Of a stretch of DNA of 64,000 bases, positions 50,509-64,000 are shown one piece after another. The notes under the pieces are model-generated. The model saw nothing but the letters and a program-made list of their open reading frames with translations, did no database searches and was not told the origin of the DNA. The position numbers and the translations under genes are program-made. The first letter of the stretch is position 1. Every line of letters starts with the position of its first letter. The stretch is from Acidobacteriota bacterium (lineage in GTDB: Bacteria; Acidobacteriota; UBA890; WLXD01), in contig CBDFKD010000002.1 of the NCBI GenBank assembly GCA_965248695.1, forward strand, positions 4,352,001 to 4,416,000, in the 5' to 3' direction.

Positions 50509-51078
50509 TCAGACGTGCCAGGGACTGAACCTCGGCAAGCGCACGCTCTGGGATCCGCTAGATGCCCTGGCGTCGCGAAACGTCGCCTCGATGGCGTTTG
50601 CCTGGAGGTCGAGCTCGGTGGCCCCGAGAGTGGCGGCATCACCGGCGAGGCGATCGAGTGCGGTCGCCGCCGCCCGCAGTGCCTCCTCGAGGTCGGGTGC
50701 CGCGTCGGCCGCTGAACGACAGGCGGCGGCTGTGGCGAGCAGGTGCTCGATCGCCGGATCTGCCCCGGCGTCCGCGTTGTTGAACACCGGGAGCTGGCGG
50801 TGCTCCTCGAACGCGGCCTCGACCTGTTGCTTGCAGTACGACAGGGAGTTCACCCTCGCTGCCGACCCGCTGGTGGCATCGAAGCGGTCGAAAGCGCGGT
50901 TGATGCCTTGTAGCACCGTCTCCAGCGGGATACCGCGGTCGTACCACCGTTCCACGACTTGCCAGTCGCGCGGCGATAGCAGCAACGGCCCGTCGCGTCG
51001 AAGGCCGAAATGCCGCTCGACGCGGCGAAAGTAGTCGTCGCGCCGCCCCTCGTTGTCGTCTGTCGGCGGGCTGCTCAT
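50509..51078 (-). CDS. Hypothetical protein with a possible DnaD-like domain
   Basis: YFRRVERHF...LLLSPRDWQVVERW...GIPLETVLQGI...VNSLSYC. Confidence 0.65.
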   Translation of the reverse strand: MSSPPTDDNEGRRDDYFRRVERHFGLRRDGPLLLSPRDWQVVERWYDRGIPLETVLQGINRAFDRFDATSGSAARVNSLSYCKQQVEAAFEEHRQLPVFNNADAGADPAIEHLLATAAACRSAADAAPDLEEALRAAATALDRLAGDAATLGATELDLQANAIEATFRDARASSGSQSVRLPRFSPWHV

Positions 51079-51299
51079 CGTTCGCGTGGCTCACGCAGAT
51101 TGGAGACGGTCGTCGAGATGCCGCGATCCGCGGCAACTGGCGAACGTTCCTTTACCGCTACGGGAAGCGCAAGCCACATGGGCCCTCCTGAGTCGAATCG
51201 CTGCGGTCCTGAGGCGATCCTCGACCTGCTAATATCGATCTCTTGTCCACCGGGCGAAATGGGATCGTATGCGTGGGCTCTTGGGGAGAGAGCCGGTCC

Positions 51300-54122
51300 A
51301 TGGGGGTTGAAGCCACGACAGGCACGCCCGCGGCGGCGGCAGCAAGGGAGCCGATCGTCGTTCTTGGCGCGCGGGTCCACAATCTGCAGAACGTCGATGT
51401 CGAGATCCCGGCAGGCTGCCTGGTTGTCATCACCGGTGTGTCGGGCTCCGGTAAGTCGAGCCTCGCCTTCGACACGATCTACGCCGAAGGCCAGCGCCGC
51501 TACGTGGAGTCGCTGTCGGCCTACGCTCGGCAGTTCCTCGCGCGGGTGGACAAGCCGCTGGTGGATGACGTTCGTGGAGTGTGTCCGGCGATCGCCATCC
51601 AGCAACGGGTGCCGCCGCGCAACTCCCGCTCGACCGTCGGGACAGTGACCGAGATCCAGGATTACCTGCGGCTGCTTTTCGCCCGCGCCGGTACGACCAT
51701 TTGCCCTAGTTGCGGTGATGCCGTACGCGCCGACGCGCCAGGCGAAGTTGCCGAGCGTCTGCTGCGGGAGAATCCGGAGGTCGCGGCGGTGATCGCTTAC
51801 CCGCAGCCGATTCCGTCAGACGAGGCGCCTCGCCTCGAGCTACTCAAGCGCCTACTCAAATCGGGCTTCCGCCGACTGCTGATCGGCGGTGCCGTGCGAG
51901 AGCTGGTGCCCAGTGAGCTCGAGGACCTCGCCGTGAACCTGGGAAACGAGGAGATTGACGTCATCGTCGACCGTTTGAGCCTGCGCCCGCCGGCGCACGA
52001 GAGGCTGCTCGACTCGGTAGGGGTTGCCTTTCGGGAGGGAGGGGGCCGCGCGCGCGCCTGGATCGAGGGTGACGCCGGACTCCAGCCACGCTACTTCGAC
52101 GATCGTCATCGATGCGCCGACTGCGACCGCGATTTCCTGCGGCCGGAACCGCGGCTGTTCTCGTTCAACAATCCCTACGGCGCCTGTCCCGAATGCAAGG
52201 GGTTCGGGAGCATCATCGAGATCGATCTCGACAAAGTGTTCCCCGATCGCCGGCGTAGCCTCGCGGACGGAGCGGTGGAGCCGTGGAACAAAGACAGCAG
52301 GCATCGGGTTCGCAGCTCGATGCGCGCCTTCGCCGAGGCCAACGGAATCCCACTGGACGTGCCCTGGGGTGATCTCGAGGCGGAGCAACGCGAGGCCATA
52401 CTCGACGGCGGGGGAGGTTTCGTCGGCGTGCACGGGTTCTTCGCCGGGCTACGCAAGAAGCAACATAAGCTCCACGTTCGCGTGTTGCTGGCGCGCTACC
52501 GCGGGTACGTCGACTGCCCCGCTTGTCACGGCACGCGGCTGCGCGTCGACGCGCACGCAGTCCAGGTTGGCCGGCGCACCCTGCCAGAGGTCTCGTGCAT
52601 GAGCATCGGCGAGATCGCCGCTTTCTTCGACGAGCTCGAGTTGCCAGTTCAAGCGGCGGTGGTCGTGGACCAGGTGCTGCGAGAGATCCGCGCGCGACTG
52701 CAGTACTTGATAGAGGTCGGCCTCGACTACGTCACGCTCGATCGGCTCACCGGAACGCTCTCGGGTGGCGAGGCGCAGCGCATCAGCCTGGCCACGTGTC
52801 TCGGCTCGATGCTCGTCGGCTCGATGTACGTGCTCGACGAGCCCAGCGTCGGGCTTCACCCGCGTGACAACGAGCGCTTGATCTCGATCCTCGAGAGGCT
52901 GCGAGATCTCGGCAACACCGTACTGGTGGTCGAGCACGACAGACAGATGATCGAGGGTGCCGATCACCTGATCGACATGGGTCCCGGAGCCGGGGTTCTC
53001 GGTGGCCGGGTGATTTTCGCCGGTGACCCCGACAAGATCGTCAGCGCCAGCGAATCGGTCACCGCGGCCTACATATCAGGTCGTTGTCGCGTCCCGATGC
53101 CGGCCCTGCGGCGGCCGCCGATGCACCATCTACGGGTTATCGGAGCACGCCAGCACAACCTGAAGAATATCGATGTCTCGTTCCCGCTCGGTGTTCTGTG
53201 CTGCGTGACCGGAGTCTCGGGATCAGGCAAGAGCACGCTCATTCACGACATACTCCACGCCGGCCTGCTTCGGCGCTTGGGGGAGTGGAACGGAGCAGTC
53301 GGTGATCATGACGACATCGAAGGCGCCGGCCTCATCCGCCAGGCGGTGCTCGTCGACCAGGCGCCGATCGGGCGTAGCGCGCGATCGAACCCGGTGACCT
53401 ACGTAAAGGCGTTCGACCCCATCCGCAAGCGCTTCGCGGGTACGCGCGAGGCTCGTGCCCGCGGATACGGCCCCGGGCACTTCTCGTTCAACGTCGCCGG
53501 TGGACGCTGTGAAGCGTGCGAGGGCGCTGGACAGATTCTCGTCGAGATGCAGTTCCTGCCCGACGTCAACTTGCCGTGCGAGGAGTGTGGCGGCACGCGC
53601 TTCAGGCGCGAGACGCTCGATATTCGGGTTCGCGGCAAGAACATTCACGACGTTCTCGAGCTCACCGTCGGGGAGGCGCGGCGGTTCTTCGCCGACTTGC
53701 CGAAGGCCGAGGCGCGGCTCAAGGCGCTGGAAGACGTGGGGCTCGGCTACCTGCGCCTCGGACAGCCGTCGAGCACGCTGTCGGGGGGCGAGGCACAGCG
53801 CGTCAAGCTTGCGTCGCACCTCCTCCAGGGGGGCGGCAAGGGGATGTTGTACCTGTTTGATGAGCCCACCACGGGGTTGCACTTCGATGACATCGCCAAG
53901 TTACTGTTCGCGCTGAATCGACTGATTGACACCGGCGCATCGGCCATCGTGATCGAGCACAACCTCGATCTCGTCAAGGCCGCAGACTGGGTCGTCGATC
54001 TGGGACCCGAGGGCGGCGATGGCGGCGGCTTCCTGGTCGCGGAGGGTACCCCCGAGGAAGTGGCGTTGTGCGATGGATCGCATACGGCTCGTTACCTGCG
54101 CGACGTCGTTGATGATGAGTAG
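51300..54122 (+). CDS. uvrA: Excinuclease ABC subunit A
   Basis: Two ABC cassettes (GVSGSGKSS and [17 protein letters not shown] twice), zinc fingers, [13 protein letters not shown]. Confidence 0.96.
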   Translation: MGVEATTGTPAAAAAREPIVVLGARVHNLQNVDVEIPAGCLVVITGVSGSGKSSLAFDTIYAEGQRRYVESLSAYARQFLARVDKPLVDDVRGVCPAIAIQQRVPPRNSRSTVGTVTEIQDYLRLLFARAGTTICPSCGDAVRADAPGEVAERLLRENPEVAAVIAYPQPIPSDEAPRLELLKRLLKSGFRRLLIGGAVRELVPSELEDLAVNLGNEEIDVIVDRLSLRPPAHERLLDSVGVAFREGGGRARAWIEGDAGLQPRYFDDRHRCADCDRDFLRPEPRLFSFNNPYGACPECKGFGSIIEIDLDKVFPDRRRSLADGAVEPWNKDSRHRVRSSMRAFAEANGIPLDVPWGDLEAEQREAILDGGGGFVGVHGFFAGLRKKQHKLHVRVLLARYRGYVDCPACHGTRLRVDAHAVQVGRRTLPEVSCMSIGEIAAFFDELELPVQAAVVVDQVLREIRARLQYLIEVGLDYVTLDRLTGTLSGGEAQRISLATCLGSMLVGSMYVLDEPSVGLHPRDNERLISILERLRDLGNTVLVVEHDRQMIEGADHLIDMGPGAGVLGGRVIFAGDPDKIVSASESVTAAYISGRCRVPMPALRRPPMHHLRVIGARQHNLKNIDVSFPLGVLCCVTGVSGSGKSTLIHDILHAGLLRRLGEWNGAVGDHDDIEGAGLIRQAVLVDQAPIGRSARSNPVTYVKAFDPIRKRFAGTREARARGYGPGHFSFNVAGGRCEACEGAGQILVEMQFLPDVNLPCEECGGTRFRRETLDIRVRGKNIHDVLELTVGEARRFFADLPKAEARLKALEDVGLGYLRLGQPSSTLSGGEAQRVKLASHLLQGGGKGMLYLFDEPTTGLHFDDIAKLLFALNRLIDTGASAIVIEHNLDLVKAADWVVDLGPEGGDGGGFLVAEGTPEEVALCDGSHTARYLRDVVDDE

Positions 54123-55173
54123 CAGCCCGCTGGCGACCGACGCGCCGATCGATCTGCGCAGCGACACGGTGACGCGACCCACCGAGGCGATGCGACGTGC
54201 GATGGCGACCGCCGAGGTCGGTGATGACGTATACGGCGAGGATCCCACCGTCGAGCGCTTGCAGGACGTCGGCGCGGACTTACTCGGCAAGCCCGCAGCG
54301 CTGTTCATGCCGACCGGCATGATGGCCAACCAGGTGGCGCTGCACCTGCAGGCGCGGCCGGGCGACGAGGTGCTGATCGAGGCCTCCGGACATGGACACG
54401 ACTGGGAGCTTGGTGCGGCGGCAGTGCTCTCCGGCTTGCAGATGCGCCCTGTCCTCGGCGACGCCGGCGTGCTGCTTCCAAGCCACGTCGAGCCCTATCT
54501 GCGCTCCCGCCCTTACTACCAATCGCGCCCGACGATGATCGTGCTGGAGAACACCCACAACATGGCGGGCGGGCGGATATACCCACTCGAGGTGGCCCGC
54601 GAGGTCGTGGCCACGTGTCGAGACGAAGGACTCCGGGCACATCTCGACGGGGCGCGACTGTTCAATGCTGCGGTGGCGAGCGGGCGATCGGCCGCGGTGC
54701 TTGCGGCCGAATTCGATTCGGTGATGGTGTCGCTCTCCAAGGGACTGTCGGCGCCTGCGGGCGCGCTGCTGGCCGGAGGTGCCGATTTGATTCGCGAGGC
54801 GCGGCGAGTGCGCAAGATGTTCGGCGGCGGCATGCGGCAGATCGGAGTGCTGGCAGCGCCTGCGCTTGTGGCGCTGGAGGGTGGAATCGACCGGCTGGCC
54901 GAGGATCACGCCAATGCCCGTCGCTTGGCGGACGGGCTATTGGCGACGGGACGCGTCGCGCTGACGTTCGGTCACGTCGATACCAACATCGTGGTCTTCG
55001 ATGTCGACGGCCTGAGCGCGCAGAGCTTCTGCGACCGGGCAGTGGACAGGAGAGTGCTCTGCGCGCCCACCGCGGCCGGGCAGGTTCGGCTGGTCATCCA
55101 CCGCCATATCACCGCGCCGGTCGTCGACGAGGCGCTTGCGCGACTTGCGCCGCTCGTCGACGGCGCCAGTTAG
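54112..55173 (+). CDS. ltaE: Low-specificity L-threonine aldolase
   Basis: IDLRSDTVTRPT, GDDVYGEDPT, ENTHN, HLDGARLFNA, SLSKGL. Confidence 0.94.
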   Translation: MMSSSPLATDAPIDLRSDTVTRPTEAMRRAMATAEVGDDVYGEDPTVERLQDVGADLLGKPAALFMPTGMMANQVALHLQARPGDEVLIEASGHGHDWELGAAAVLSGLQMRPVLGDAGVLLPSHVEPYLRSRPYYQSRPTMIVLENTHNMAGGRIYPLEVAREVVATCRDEGLRAHLDGARLFNAAVASGRSAAVLAAEFDSVMVSLSKGLSAPAGALLAGGADLIREARRVRKMFGGGMRQIGVLAAPALVALEGGIDRLAEDHANARRLADGLLATGRVALTFGHVDTNIVVFDVDGLSAQSFCDRAVDRRVLCAPTAAGQVRLVIHRHITAPVVDEALARLAPLVDGAS

Positions 55174-56426
55174 CCGCCCGGCGGGAAGTCGGCGACTTGA
55201 TCCATGTAGCCGCGGAAGTTGCGCAACGTCTCCCGCAGGCTGTCGCCGCCGAACTTCTCCACACACGCGTCTGCCAATACGAGTGCGGTCATCGCCTCGC
55301 CTACCACCGCTGCGGCGGGAACTGCGCAGGTATCCGAGCGCTGAACGACAGCGTTGACCGCCTCGCCGCTGTCGATATCGACCGACGGCAGCGGCTGGCG
55401 TAGTGTCGACAACGGTTTCATGTAGACCGTCACGCGTAGCTCATCGCCGTATGTCATGCCGCCTTCGGTGCCGCCGGCGCGGTTGGTCGGGCGGCCCCAG
55501 GCGTCGTCTGGCGAGCGTACGATCGCGTCGTGCGCCTTCGAGCCGGGCTGTGCGGCGCACCAGATGGCCGGCCCGATCTCGACCGCTTTCTGTGCCTGGA
55601 TCGACAGCAACGCCTGACCGAGCCGTGCCTCGAGCCGCCGGTCCCACTGGATGTGGCTCCCGAGCCCCGGCGGCAATCCCGTGCCGATCACCTCGAACGC
55701 GCCGCCCAGCGTTTCGAGGTCGTCATGGGCGGCGTCGATCGCCGCGATCATGGCGGCCTCGACGTCGGCATCAGCGCACCGCACCGGCGAGGCGTCGGCT
55801 CGCTCACGAACCGTCGCCACGGACACCGGTAGAGTACCGTCCGCGAACGCAGCGCCGCCGATCCGGGTGACGTGGCTCGCAATCTCGATGCCGAGGTGCG
55901 CCAGGAACTGCTTGCACAGTCCACCAGCCGCCACGCGCACAGCGGTTTCGCGTGCGCTGGCACGCTCCAGGATGTCGCGCAGGTCGGCACGGTCATACTT
56001 CAGTCCGCCGGCGAGGTCGGCATGCCCCGGCCGCGGTCGCGTGATGCGGCGGATATCGACAGCGGAGGGTCGATTGCCGCTCTCGGCGACGCCGGCCGAT
56101 GCTGGTTCCGTGCCCTCGGAACCGACCGAGTCGGGGGCCTCGACAGCCATCACCGTCTCCCAGTTGATCCAATCGCGGTTCTCGATCAGCCACGCGATCG
56201 GGCTGCCGAGGGTCTCGCCGAGCCGTACTCCGCCCACGATTCGGGCTGTGTCAGCCTCGATCTTCATGCGCTTGCCGCGTCCATGCCCCCCCATCCGGCG
56301 GCGCAGGTCGGCATTCAGCGCGTCCATATTGATGGGAACGCCGGCCGGAAGGCCTTCGAGCAGGCCGACCAGCATCGGTCCGTGAGATTCCCCGGCGCTG
56401 AGAAAGCGCAGACAGCGCAGCGACAC
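55170..56426 (-). CDS. aroC: Chorismate synthase
   Basis: AGESHG, RPRPGHADL, ERASARETA, NRAGGTEGG, RSDTCAVP. Confidence 0.97.
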   Translation of the reverse strand: MSLRCLRFLSAGESHGPMLVGLLEGLPAGVPINMDALNADLRRRMGGHGRGKRMKIEADTARIVGGVRLGETLGSPIAWLIENRDWINWETVMAVEAPDSVGSEGTEPASAGVAESGNRPSAVDIRRITRPRPGHADLAGGLKYDRADLRDILERASARETAVRVAAGGLCKQFLAHLGIEIASHVTRIGGAAFADGTLPVSVATVRERADASPVRCADADVEAAMIAAIDAAHDDLETLGGAFEVIGTGLPPGLGSHIQWDRRLEARLGQALLSIQAQKAVEIGPAIWCAAQPGSKAHDAIVRSPDDAWGRPTNRAGGTEGGMTYGDELRVTVYMKPLSTLRQPLPSVDIDSGEAVNAVVQRSDTCAVPAAAVVGEAMTALVLADACVEKFGGDSLRETLRNFRGYMDQVADFPPGG

Positions 56427-56608
56427 GAGTGTCCCCTGGTTAGAGAGTAGGTTTCAGCGTACGACGACGAGTTTATGTCGTGGAGGATGGCGCTGCGGTC
56501 CGAATCATGCCCGGGGTACCGCTGGCAGTACCGACAACGAAGCCCGGGCCTGAGATACTTGCCGCCTACCGACTGACCATTGCTGCTTGGACCGAGCGCG
56601 CTATCGTC

Positions 56609-58174
56609 ATGATCAAGGTTCTGGACGCCGCCGCCATGCAGGCCTGCGATCGCGCCGCGATCGATGACTACGGCATCGCGGGCGATCTGCTGATGGAGAA
56701 CGCCGGGCTCCAGGTGGTCGAGGCGCTGGCGGATCACTTCGACGATCAGCCTCCCGCGACCGTGGCAGTGCTCTGTGGCCGGGGCAACAACGGCGGCGAC
56801 GGTTTTGTCGTGGCGCGCCACCTCCACAACATGGGCACCATGGTCGCGGTCTATCTCTTTGGCCCGGCGTCGGCGCTGCGCGATGCTGCCGCGAGCAACC
56901 ACCGTGTCGCCACGGCGGTCGGCGTGCCGGTGACCGAGGTGCTCGACGAGGAGGCGTGGGCACGGTTGGCGGCCGATCTGGCCGATGTTGACTGCATCGT
57001 CGATGCAATGCTGGGAACAGGGCTCGATAGCGCTGCCCGGGGCGTCATCGCGGCAGCGATCGAGAGCGTCAATGACGCCGATGTCCCCGTCGTTGCGGTG
57101 GATGTGCCGAGTGGCCTGTCGGCCGATTCCGCAGCCATCCCGGGCGCGGTGGTCGAGGCGGTCTTGACGGTCGCGTTCGCAGCTCCGAAGGTCTGTCACG
57201 TTCTGACGCCGGCGCGCGAGACGTGTGGAGATGTGGTGGTAGCGGACATCGGCCTGCCCGAGCCGCTTCTCGAGGCGGCGGTGCCCTCGTTGTGGCTGCC
57301 GACACCAGAGGACTGTGCGGCCGGATTGCCTCTCCGCTGGTCCGACAGCCACAAAGGCGACTACGGGCGTGTCGTCGTTATTGGCGGCGCTCCTGGCACC
57401 GCTGGCGCCGCGGTGCTCGCGGCTCGCGGGGCATTGCGGGGTGGGGGAGGTCTGGTGCACGTGTTGTGCCCCGAGACCGCCTATCTACCGATCGCCTGTC
57501 AGTTGGTCGAGGCCCTGGTGCATCCTGTTCCCGCCGGTGACGGTGGTGGCCTGAGCGCGGAAGCGGACGAGGCGGCGGGTGAGGTGCTGGCGGCAGCGAA
57601 CGCGGTGGCGATCGGCCCGGGCGTCGGGACCTCGCCGGAGACCGTCGCGCTCGTACGACGGCTGGCGGTGGATTGCACCAAACCCATGGTGATCGACGCT
57701 GACGGCCTCAACGCGCTCGTCGGCGTTGCCGAAGGGCTGCGGGAGGCAGCGGCGCCGCGTGTTCTGACACCCCACCCCGGAGAGGCGGCGCGACTTCTCG
57801 GAGTTGACGTGCCGGCGGTGCAGGCTGACCGCGTCGCCGCCGCCACCGAGCTGGCGGAGAAGACGCGCGCGGTGGTTCTGTTGAAAGGGCACGACTCCCT
57901 CACGGTGGACCCCGGGTGTGCGCCGGTGGTCAACATGACCGGCAATCCGGGGATGGCCACCGGCGGTACAGGCGATGTCCTGACCGGCTTGATCGCTGCC
58001 CTCATTGCGCAGGGGTTGCGGCCCTGTCCGGCTGCCTGGACCGGGGCCTGGCTACATGGCCTGGCGGGCGATCTGGCGGCGGCGCGCGTCGGTCAGATCG
58101 GCTGCCTGGCGACGGATCTCGCCGATGAGCTGCCGCGGGCGTTTGCGGCCGTGGAACCGGAGGAGGAGTCTTGA
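56609..58174 (+). CDS. nnr: Bifunctional NAD(P)HX epimerase/dehydratase
   Basis: LMENAG, GRGNNGGDG, VDVPSG, HKGDYG, DADGLN, TPHPGE, ATGGTGDVL. Confidence 0.95.
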   Translation: MIKVLDAAAMQACDRAAIDDYGIAGDLLMENAGLQVVEALADHFDDQPPATVAVLCGRGNNGGDGFVVARHLHNMGTMVAVYLFGPASALRDAAASNHRVATAVGVPVTEVLDEEAWARLAADLADVDCIVDAMLGTGLDSAARGVIAAAIESVNDADVPVVAVDVPSGLSADSAAIPGAVVEAVLTVAFAAPKVCHVLTPARETCGDVVVADIGLPEPLLEAAVPSLWLPTPEDCAAGLPLRWSDSHKGDYGRVVVIGGAPGTAGAAVLAARGALRGGGGLVHVLCPETAYLPIACQLVEALVHPVPAGDGGGLSAEADEAAGEVLAAANAVAIGPGVGTSPETVALVRRLAVDCTKPMVIDADGLNALVGVAEGLREAAAPRVLTPHPGEAARLLGVDVPAVQADRVAAATELAEKTRAVVLLKGHDSLTVDPGCAPVVNMTGNPGMATGGTGDVLTGLIAALIAQGLRPCPAAWTGAWLHGLAGDLAAARVGQIGCLATDLADELPRAFAAVEPEEES

Positions 58175-58620
58175 GCCGCGCTCGCGACTACATCACGAAC
58201 AGCGTCGAGGAGACCGAGCGCGTTGGCGCCGGGCTCGGGCGTCGACTGCGCGGCGGCGAGGTGATTCTGATCTTCGGGCCGTTGGGGGCGGGCAAGACAC
58301 AGTTGGTGCGCGGTATCGCTGCCGGCCTCGGACTCGACCCGAGCCAAGTGTCGAGCCCGTCGTATGCCCTGATCAACGAGTACCCCGGGCGGTGTACGCT
58401 CTACCATGTCGACTTATACCGGCTGAGCACGGCGGATCTTCCGGACCTGGGTCTCGAGGATCTCTACGGGCGGGGCTGCGTGGTGGCAATCGAGTGGGCC
58501 GAGCGCCTCGAGGAGGCGGGATGGGATCTGGGCTCATCGATCATCGTCGAGGTCGACCACCATCCGGACCGACCGGAAGCCCGCATCATCGGCGTCGACG
58601 AGGCGGTTACAGGCAGTTAG
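58171..58620 (+). CDS. tsaE: tRNA t6A biosynthesis ATPase TsaE
   Basis: GPLGAGKT, VSSPSY, YHVDLYRL, IEWAE; follows nnr. Confidence 0.95.
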   Translation: MSRARDYITNSVEETERVGAGLGRRLRGGEVILIFGPLGAGKTQLVRGIAAGLGLDPSQVSSPSYALINEYPGRCTLYHVDLYRLSTADLPDLGLEDLYGRGCVVAIEWAERLEEAGWDLGSSIIVEVDHHPDRPEARIIGVDEAVTGS

Positions 58621-58894
58621 TGGCCTGTAACAGATGATCGTTGCCTATCGCAGATGGGATTTGCGGGTGAGATCAAGGCGCGGCGACGCAGTCGATGCTA
58701 GGGGCATCATCAAGGAGCCGCAACGCCGTTATCGCCCGCAACTGCCCATCTGTCCAGAGGATGGCGGCGAACTGGGCCGCCTGCGGCGTTGCTCCTCCTT
58801 GAAAATGGGCGAACATTGTCTCGTCGGACCGCCTGGCATCCGGGCCCATTTCGTCACCACGATAGGCAACGATCATCTGTTACAGGCCACTTAG
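58617..58894. mobile_element. MITE-like non-coding element 2 (271 bp, 58620-58890; 31-bp perfect TIRs; TTA direct repeats)
   Basis: gtggcctgtaacagatgatcgttgcctatcg (58620-58650) is the exact reverse complement of 58860-58890; TTA at 58617-58619 and 58891-58893. Confidence 0.85.
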
Positions 58895-58921
58895 CGCCCG
58901 TTGCGGGCCACAAAACGTCGG

Positions 58922-63978
<5,057 letters not shown>

Positions 63979-64000
63979 CGCGCGCTGCGGAAGAGGAAGG

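Noticed and set aside
58634-58894. Small ORFs on both strands beginning MIVAYR, and ORF 15945-16217
   Set aside because: They arise from the terminal inverted repeats and interior of the MITE-like elements; no recognisable protein features.

Overview
A GC-rich, gene-dense core-chromosome window, most likely from an Acidobacteriota-type bacterium. This is inferred from the RpoA N-terminus [13 protein letters not shown], a GWxTD protein, tandem DUF507 genes and a long LptC/LptA-like protein. In order it holds: the end of the alpha operon (rpsD-rpoA-rplQ) with tRNA-Ala(CGC), acs, a lipoprotein trio, and the lptC/A-lptB-rpoN-hpf-hprK-rapZ-EIIA-ptsH-ptsI cluster. Next come nfeD-SPFH, SPOR-lnt-prfB (programmed +1 frameshift), a class A PBP, and two convergent heat-shock operons (CIRCE-hrcA-grpE-dnaJ-rsmE and dnaK-dnaJ2-hspR-DnaC-like). 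It ends with mazG, tatC, tdk, comEC, uvrA, ltaE, aroC, nnr, tsaE, a PqqB-like hydrolase, guaB and secA. The most striking signal is non-coding: two ~270-bp elements (15924-16200 and 58617-58894). Each starts at a TAG stop codon between convergent genes and has its own perfect 31-34 bp terminal inverted repeats. The two sets of terminal repeats are unrelated, but both elements share an internal architecture of two inverted copies of a covarying stem-loop motif. Other points of interest are a MshEN + HEAT + HD-GYP-like cassette splitting the lpt operon behind a 10-bp-phased A-tract array, an in-frame internally deleted ptsI, a rapZ frameshift and an rsmE nonsense codon. No CRISPR array, rRNA, transposase or prophage gene was seen. 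All calls come from reading the sequence by eye, and start codons are best guesses.
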